Origin: Peribacillus tepidiphilus
Lineage (GTDB): Bacteria > Bacillota > Bacilli > Bacillales > DSM-1321
Direction: 5' to 3'
Assembly: GCF_009466385.1 (NCBI RefSeq)
Contig: NZ_WIAQ01000002.1
Span: 249,678 to 273,677 of the forward strand
DNA length: 24,000 nt
Shown here: one piece after another, positions 18,780 through 24,000 of the stretch
Numbering within the stretch: position 1 is the first letter of the stretch
Layout of the letters: each line of letters opens with the position of its first letter
The notes under the pieces: model-generated
Told to the model about the DNA's origin: nothing
Seen by the model: the letters and a program-made list of their open reading frames with translations, nothing else
Database searches by the model: none
Program-made: the position numbers and the translations under genes

Positions 18780-18830
18780 GGGGTTGCCAGAAAGTTTACA
18801 TGTAAACTTTCTGGTGGCTCCCTTTTTCTT
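18780..18830 (+). terminator. Intrinsic terminator after yqfL
   Basis: CCAGAAAGTTTA (18787-18798) pairs with TAAACTTTCTGG (18803-18814). The stem extends by G-C and G-U pairs to 18780/18821 and is followed by CTTTTTCTT. Confidence 0.7.
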
Positions 18831-19093
18831 ACAGCTAATGAAATAGTATGACCAAATAAGCGCTATTTTACATGTCATAAATAAAAAAACTTATTGATGT
18901 TTCTGGGTAGCATTTTTAGATCTTTTATTCTATAATAAAAAATTGTGATAAAAATATAATATTTAGGTTTAGACTTGAAAAATAAGGATTAAACTATTAA
19001 CTGTGAGAAGTCAAGTCCACAAATGAAAAAAAATTCGACATGTCCTGTTGAAGCCTAAAACTTCCATAGAAAAAAGAAGGAATATGAAGAATT

Positions 19094-19588
19094 ATGGAGA
19101 ATTGTTGTTTTAGTAAAATAAAACCTGTCATTTATGTGGACAGTGACGCGTGTCCCGTTAAGTCTGAAGTTAGTGACTATGCTGAACGATTTAAGGTGAA
19201 AGCTGTTTTTGTTACGTCAATAAAAAACAAGATGAACACTCCCCTTCCTGGAGACTGGGTTTATGTCGACTGGGATAAAGAAGCTGTAGATCTATATATT
19301 ATGAATCATGCAAAAGAAGATGACATTGTCATTACAGCAGATATCGGATTGGCTGCGGGTCTTATAGGATCGCGTGTTCATGTACTTTCTCCAAAGGGAG
19401 TACATTTTACCGACAGGAACATAGATGCCATGCTTTCATTAAGACATGTTTCAGCTAAAACTAGACGACAAGGGAAAAGGACAAAAGGTCCAAAAGCATA
19501 TACACATCAGGACAGAGAATGTTTTAAAGCAACTTTAATAAAAATATTGTCGAATTGTGCAGGAAATTATGATTCTTTATTGAATTAA
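19094..19588 (+). CDS. yqxD: YaiI/YqxD family protein (UPF0178), first gene of the dnaG-sigA operon
   Basis: 164 aa. The motif IYVDSDACPVK is typical of UPF0178, and the position directly upstream of dnaG is conserved. The SD is weak or distant, so the start is not certain. Confidence 0.8.
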   Translation: MENCCFSKIKPVIYVDSDACPVKSEVSDYAERFKVKAVFVTSIKNKMNTPLPGDWVYVDWDKEAVDLYIMNHAKEDDIVITADIGLAAGLIGSRVHVLSPKGVHFTDRNIDAMLSLRHVSAKTRRQGKRTKGPKAYTHQDRECFKATLIKILSNCAGNYDSLLN

Positions 19589-19621
19589 AGAATATCACCT
19601 GAATTAGGATTGGGTGATCAA

Positions 19622-21430
19622 ATGTCACATACCCGTATTCCAGATGAAAAACTAAATGAAATCCGTAGTGCTGTAGATATCGTTGATATAATTAGTGAAT
19701 ATGTCCAGCTAAAAAAACAAGGGCGAAACTATTTCGGCCTTTGTCCATTTCATGGTGAGAATACACCTTCTTTCTCGGTTGCTCCAGACAAACAAATTTA
19801 TTATTGCTTTGGCTGTGGTGCAGGAGGAAATGTTTTTAACTTCCTAATGGATATGGAAGGATTAAGCTTTATTGAAGCTACAAAAGTCTTAGCGGAAAAA
19901 GGAAATATTCCATTAGATATTTCTTTAGAAGAGTCGACTAAAGCGAGCAAACTCTCCCCATCTCATCAGAAGATGATCGAAGCACATGAGCTATTACGTA
20001 AATTTTACCATCATTTGCTTATAAACACAAAAGAGGGAGAAGCAGCACTGGAATATTTGCTTCATCGGGGTTTTACAGAAGAATCTATTGAAAAATTCCA
20101 AATTGGTTATTCCTTAAATACGTGGGATTTTGTTTATAAGTTCCTCGTAAAAAGGGGTTTTCAAGCAGAGTTGATGGAGCAGGCGGGTCTTTTAGTAAAA
20201 AATGATGAAGGCAAATATTTTGATCGCTTCAGAAACAGAATTATGTTTCCAATATTCGATGAGAAGGGTAATACGATTGCGTTTTCGGGAAGAGCGCTAG
20301 GGGAAGATGAACCCAAATATTTAAATAGCCCTGAAACGCCAATCTTTCATAAAAGCAAAATATTATATAACTTTCATTTAGCAAGACCTCATATTCGCAA
20401 AAAAGAAAAAGCAATTCTGATGGAAGGCTTTGCCGACTGCATTTCTGCATCAGTTGCAGGAGTTGAAAATACGATTGCTACAATGGGGACATCATTAACA
20501 GACCATCATATTTCATTATTAAAACGAAACACGAATGAAGTTGTGATTTGTTATGATTCCGATCAGGCAGGTTTAGATGCTGCCAACAGAGCTTCTGATT
20601 ATTTGTTTGATGCTGGCTTTGAAGTAAAGGTTGCTTTAATGCCTGATGAGCTTGACCCCGATGAATATATTAAGAAATACGGTTCAAAGAGCTTTATAAC
20701 AGATATTGTTGGGAATTGCTTGACGTATGTTTCATTTAAAATGAAATATTTGCGTTTAGGAAAAAATCTTAATAACGAGGCGGAGCGTATCGCTTATATT
20801 GATGCCGTTCTAAAAGAAATTACAAAGCTATCAAGTGCGGTTGAAAGAGAGCATTATCTTCGTCAAATTTCTGCTGAATTTTCCATTTCATTGGAATCTT
20901 TAATGCAACAACAGAAAAAGACCTTTTTTTCAGAAAGAAAGCGTGGAAACCTATCTAGAAACATAGGGACAAACCAAACTCAAAGCATACAGCTGCAATA
21001 TGAGCAGAAGTTAAAGCCAGCCTATATAGTTGCAGAGTTAAGGTTGATTGCCCATATGCTGCAAAGTAAAGAAAAAGCCTTGAAAATTAAAAACATGTTA
21101 GGTTCCAATGTCCTGAATGTGGATGATCATCAAGCTATCATCACTTATTTATATGGCTTTTATGAGAAATACGATCATCCCGACACTAGCCTATTCATGA
21201 ATGAACTTCCTGATCCACACCTTAGGAAAATTGTTTCTGAAATTGAAATGATGTCCATCAACGAAGAAGCTACAGATAAGGAATTAATGGATTACATTCA
21301 ATTCGTGTTGAAACAGAAAAAGATGTTAATCATAAAAGAAAAAGAAGCTGAAAAAGCAGAAGCAGAAAGAATGGGTGACATTCGGAAAGCCGCTGCTATT
21401 GCATTGGAGATTATCCAATTAAAAAAATAG
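19622..21430 (+). CDS. dnaG: DNA primase
   Basis: MSHTRIPDE.. is followed by the zinc finger [22 protein letters not shown], the RNA polymerase core and a Toprim domain ([14 protein letters not shown]). The track TTG at 19610 is probably an extension. Confidence 0.95.
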   Translation: MSHTRIPDEKLNEIRSAVDIVDIISEYVQLKKQGRNYFGLCPFHGENTPSFSVAPDKQIYYCFGCGAGGNVFNFLMDMEGLSFIEATKVLAEKGNIPLDISLEESTKASKLSPSHQKMIEAHELLRKFYHHLLINTKEGEAALEYLLHRGFTEESIEKFQIGYSLNTWDFVYKFLVKRGFQAELMEQAGLLVKNDEGKYFDRFRNRIMFPIFDEKGNTIAFSGRALGEDEPKYLNSPETPIFHKSKILYNFHLARPHIRKKEKAILMEGFADCISASVAGVENTIATMGTSLTDHHISLLKRNTNEVVICYDSDQAGLDAANRASDYLFDAGFEVKVALMPDELDPDEYIKKYGSKSFITDIVGNCLTYVSFKMKYLRLGKNLNNEAERIAYIDAVLKEITKLSSAVEREHYLRQISAEFSISLESLMQQQKKTFFSERKRGNLSRNIGTNQTQSIQLQYEQKLKPAYIVAELRLIAHMLQSKEKALKIKNMLGSNVLNVDDHQAIITYLYGFYEKYDHPDTSLFMNELPDPHLRKIVSEIEMMSINEEATDKELMDYIQFVLKQKKMLIIKEKEAEKAEAERMGDIRKAAAIALEIIQLKK

Positions 21431-21480
21431 CACATATGAAATTGTCTGTTGTGTTTGAAAGTTTGGAAGGAGGGGAACAA

Positions 21481-22602
21481 ATGGCTGATAAATCAGCTCG
21501 TTCCAAAGACATGGATAATGAATTAACTCTTGATCAGGTGAAAGATCAACTTCTTGAGCAAGGAAAAAAACGTGGAGTCCTTACTTTTGATGATATAACT
21601 GATAAGCTCTCTAGTTTTGAATTAGATTCAGATCAAATGGATGAATATCTTGAGTATTTAAGTGAACAAGGGATAGAAATACTATCAGATAATGAAGAAG
21701 TTGATCCAAATATTCAAGATCTTTCTAAAGAAGAAGAATTTGATTTGAATGATCTTAGTGTTCCTCCTGGAGTTAAAATAAACGACCCTGTAAGAATGTA
21801 TCTGAAAGAAATTGGAAGAGTGGACCTTCTTTCCGGTGAGGAAGAAATTGAACTTGCCAAACGAATTGAGCAAGGTGACGAAGAAGCTAAACGTCGTTTA
21901 GCTGAAGCCAATCTTCGTCTTGTAGTCAGCATTGCAAAAAGATACGTCGGACGTGGAATGCTTTTTCTTGATCTTATTCAAGAGGGTAATATGGGTCTTA
22001 TAAAAGCTGTAGAGAAATTCGACTACAGAAAAGGATATAAATTCTCCACTTACGCAACGTGGTGGATTCGTCAAGCTATTACACGTGCTATTGCTGACCA
22101 AGCAAGAACGATTCGTATCCCGGTTCATATGGTTGAGACCATTAACAAGCTGATTCGCGTTCAAAGGCAGCTATTACAAGATTTAGGACGCGAACCAACT
22201 CCAGAGGAAATTGCAGAGGATATGGACCTTACTCCAGATAAGGTAAGGGAAATATTAAAAATTGCTCAAGAACCGGTGTCGTTGGAAACACCAATCGGTG
22301 AAGAGGATGACTCTCATCTTGGGGACTTCATTGAAGATCAAGATGCGACTTCACCTTCTGAACATGCAGCATATGAGCTATTAAAAGAGCAGTTAGAAGA
22401 TGTCCTTGACACGTTGACAGACCGTGAAGAAAACGTCTTAAGACTTCGTTTCGGACTAGATGATGGTCGAACAAGAACCTTAGAAGAGGTTGGAAAGGTT
22501 TTCGGCGTTACACGTGAGCGTATTCGTCAAATTGAAGCGAAAGCATTACGTAAGTTGAGACATCCAAGCCGAAGCAAGCGTTTAAAGGATTTCTTAGAAT
22601 AA
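21481..22602 (+). CDS. sigA: Primary RNA polymerase sigma factor SigA
   Basis: MADKSARSK follows the SD GGAAGGAGGGG. Region 2 ([27 protein letters not shown]) and region 4.2 ([30 protein letters not shown]) are present. Confidence 0.97.
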   Translation: MADKSARSKDMDNELTLDQVKDQLLEQGKKRGVLTFDDITDKLSSFELDSDQMDEYLEYLSEQGIEILSDNEEVDPNIQDLSKEEEFDLNDLSVPPGVKINDPVRMYLKEIGRVDLLSGEEEIELAKRIEQGDEEAKRRLAEANLRLVVSIAKRYVGRGMLFLDLIQEGNMGLIKAVEKFDYRKGYKFSTYATWWIRQAITRAIADQARTIRIPVHMVETINKLIRVQRQLLQDLGREPTPEEIAEDMDLTPDKVREILKIAQEPVSLETPIGEEDDSHLGDFIEDQDATSPSEHAAYELLKEQLEDVLDTLTDREENVLRLRFGLDDGRTRTLEEVGKVFGVTRERIRQIEAKALRKLRHPSRSKRLKDFLE

Positions 22603-22610
22603 TAATCATA

Positions 22611-22661
22611 AAGGGAAGACTCTTACCATTATCAAGGGTATCAAGAGTCCTTCCCTTTTTT
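22611..22661 (+). terminator. Intrinsic terminator after sigA
   Basis: AAGGGAAGACTCTT (22611-22624) pairs with AAGAGTCCTTCCCTT (22643-22657), leaving one bulged C. T6 follows. Confidence 0.8.
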
Positions 22662-22724
22662 AAAACGTATTTTCAGAAATGAATCAATATTTTATTATTA
22701 CCAGTGATTTAGGTAGGATAGCAT

Positions 22725-23330
22725 ATGAAAATGGGTGATGTTTATCCGATAATTATGATAGAGCTATCATATAGGATGTGGATCGGCATGAACGAAACCC
22801 GAAAAAAGATTATCATAAATGAAATTCAATATTGGAAGAAAACTCGTATTCTTCCGGAACAATATTGCGATTATCTGATAGCATTATATTCTGAGGGAGA
22901 AAGCATGGAAGAGAGCGTTAAAATAAGAGAGCGCTTTCCCATCAATCCTGCATATTTGGGAATAGCAAGTTTGGTTGTACTTGCAGTTATACTTTCAGGG
23001 GTAGACAACATTCCGCCTTTCATACAAATTTTAGCATGTATCAACATTGTTCTCCTATTAGCGGGTATTGCTTTCTTGTTCTATAAAAAGTCATTTTCCT
23101 ATCAGATCCCATTAGTCTCCTCTGCATTTGTCTTTTTACTTGCTAACGTTCGGATATCAGAACTGTTTTTTCCAGGTAATATTGGACTATTATACCTATT
23201 TTTATTCATACATTGTTTCATTTGGTTTTTAATAGGTAAGAAGTTACATTTGCCGTACTTTACCATCGCTTCCCTATTAGGAACGGTTTTAATTTTATAT
23301 TTTATTGGAAAGCTCTTTCATTTCTTTTGA
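22725..23330 (+). CDS. Uncharacterised multi-pass membrane protein
   Basis: A soluble N-terminal helix (IINEIQYWKKTRILPEQYCDYLIALY) is followed by about five hydrophobic segments. The start is ambiguous: ATG 22725 follows AGGTAGGA, and ATG 22788 (MNETRKK) is the alternative. I do not recognise a family. Confidence 0.55.
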   Translation: MKMGDVYPIIMIELSYRMWIGMNETRKKIIINEIQYWKKTRILPEQYCDYLIALYSEGESMEESVKIRERFPINPAYLGIASLVVLAVILSGVDNIPPFIQILACINIVLLLAGIAFLFYKKSFSYQIPLVSSAFVFLLANVRISELFFPGNIGLLYLFLFIHCFIWFLIGKKLHLPYFTIASLLGTVLILYFIGKLFHFF

Positions 23331-23476
23331 ATGAAAATTCTTGTTTTTTTGTCTAAATTACGAAATTATGGTTCATCTTATATATTAGGTCTTTCCCTCT
23401 CAAACTTTTTCAAGTAAAATAAGAATTGTTTGTAATTATTATGACAGACAGGTTTATACATAGGGGAGGTAATACG

Positions 23477-23845
23477 ATGAATCGTAATCCGATTATTCCA
23501 TTTGTTTTGATCATGGTTTTCGGTATCGGGCTAATGATTGCTCTATCCTTTAAAGGTCTTGGGGATGCTAAAGAGATGGCAAAGGAAAAAGAGAACGGCG
23601 GCAAGGAAAAGACGGAACAAACAGCAGCCGGTTCTCCGGAAGACATTTATAAAGCAAACTGTATGAGCTGTCACGGTGACCAATACCAAGGTGGAGTGGG
23701 TCCTGCTTTAAAAGGTGTTGGCGACCGCTTATCTGAAGATGACATTAAAAACGTTTTAACAAATGGTAGAGGAGCAATGCCAGGAGGTCTTGTTGAAGAA
23801 GGAAAAATCGATGAAATGGCTAAGTGGCTGGCAGGATTAAAATAA
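23477..23845 (+). CDS. cccA: Membrane-anchored cytochrome c-550
   Basis: MNRNPIIPFVLIMVFGIGLMIAL forms the anchor. The heme site CMSCH and the distal ligand context GAMPGG are present. The SD is GGGGAGGT, and the track start at 23426 is an extension. Confidence 0.85.
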   Translation: MNRNPIIPFVLIMVFGIGLMIALSFKGLGDAKEMAKEKENGGKEKTEQTAAGSPEDIYKANCMSCHGDQYQGGVGPALKGVGDRLSEDDIKNVLTNGRGAMPGGLVEEGKIDEMAKWLAGLK

Positions 23846-23849
23846 TTCA

Positions 23850-23886
23850 AAAAAACGGCTGACATCGTTCAGCCGTTTATTTTTTA
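23850..23886 (+). terminator. Intrinsic terminator after cccA
   Basis: AACGGCTGA (23854-23862) pairs with TCAGCCGTT (23869-23877). An A-run lies upstream and TTTATTTTTT downstream, which gives it a bidirectional look. Confidence 0.8.
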
Positions 23887-23981
23887 GATTCATCAAGGCT
23901 GTCCTTCCTTGAAACAGAAGTCTAGATTTAATTATACTAGGATAGAGACTTTTATTACATTGGATTTAGGTGATTAATTAC

Positions 23982-24000
23982 ATGAATAAACAGAAGCTAT
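23982..24000 (+). CDS. Possible 5' end of tRNA (adenine22-N1)-methyltransferase TrmK (only 6 codons in the window)
   Basis: The ATG at 23982 follows TAGGTGAT and reads MNKQKL. Its position after cccA matches trmK (yqfN) in B. subtilis. The fragment is far too short to confirm. Confidence 0.3.

Noticed and set aside
18983-19010. Sigma-H promoter upstream of yqxD (AAGGATTA ... GAGAAGTC), and GAAGGAATA/GAAGAATTA at 19074-19092
   Set aside because: The first has GAAG rather than GAAT in the -10 and a pyrimidine at the R position. The second pair of motifs is separated by only 1 nt instead of about 11-12 nt. Neither satisfies the RnAGGAwww-N11-12-RnnGAATww consensus.
1-24000. A novel multi-gene system (defence, toxin-antitoxin, secretion, mobile island) hidden in the window
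   Set aside because: Every ORF with coding-like sequence is a recognisable housekeeping or sporulation gene in conserved Bacillus order. I saw no integrase, transposase or recombinase, no nuclease, ATPase or methylase of defence type, no flanking direct repeats or tRNA attachment site, and no obvious compositional break. Claiming a new system would be unsupported.

Overview
This is an AT-rich chromosomal core segment of Bacillaceae type. It is colinear with the B. subtilis region mtaB(yqeV)-yqeW-rpsU-yqeY-nfeD(yqeZ)-floA-yqfB-yqfC-yqfD-phoH-pgpH(yqfF)-ybeY-dgkA-era-yqzL-recO-glyQS-ccpN-yqfL-yqxD-dnaG-sigA-cccA-trmK. That gene order and the motif matches are recalled from memory, not aligned. 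I can support 25 complete and 2 edge-truncated protein genes, all on the + strand except yqeW. I can also support one glycine T-box leader, a consensus sigma-A promoter for rpsU, a consensus sigma-W promoter for nfeD-floA-yqfB, and about ten intrinsic terminators. Several six-frame track ORFs carry spurious 5' extensions, so I re-placed those starts on ATG/TTG codons with Shine-Dalgarno sequences. I see no rRNA, tRNA, CRISPR array, transposase, integrase, phage gene or defence-type gene. I do not find a credible novel multi-gene system, because every long ORF is a recognisable housekeeping or sporulation gene. The points worth a second look are local. (1) cdd, expected between dgkA and era, is reduced to a relic of about 260 nt that keeps only its two ends. 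(2) deoC sits between mtaB and yqeW. (3) An uncharacterised multi-pass membrane protein lies between sigA and cccA. (4) Several small cis-elements are unexplained: the yqfC start region buried in the yqfB terminator, a duplicated initiation region upstream of yqzL, an 11-bp perfect inverted repeat upstream of ccpN, and a 5'-terminal hairpin on the rpsU leader.
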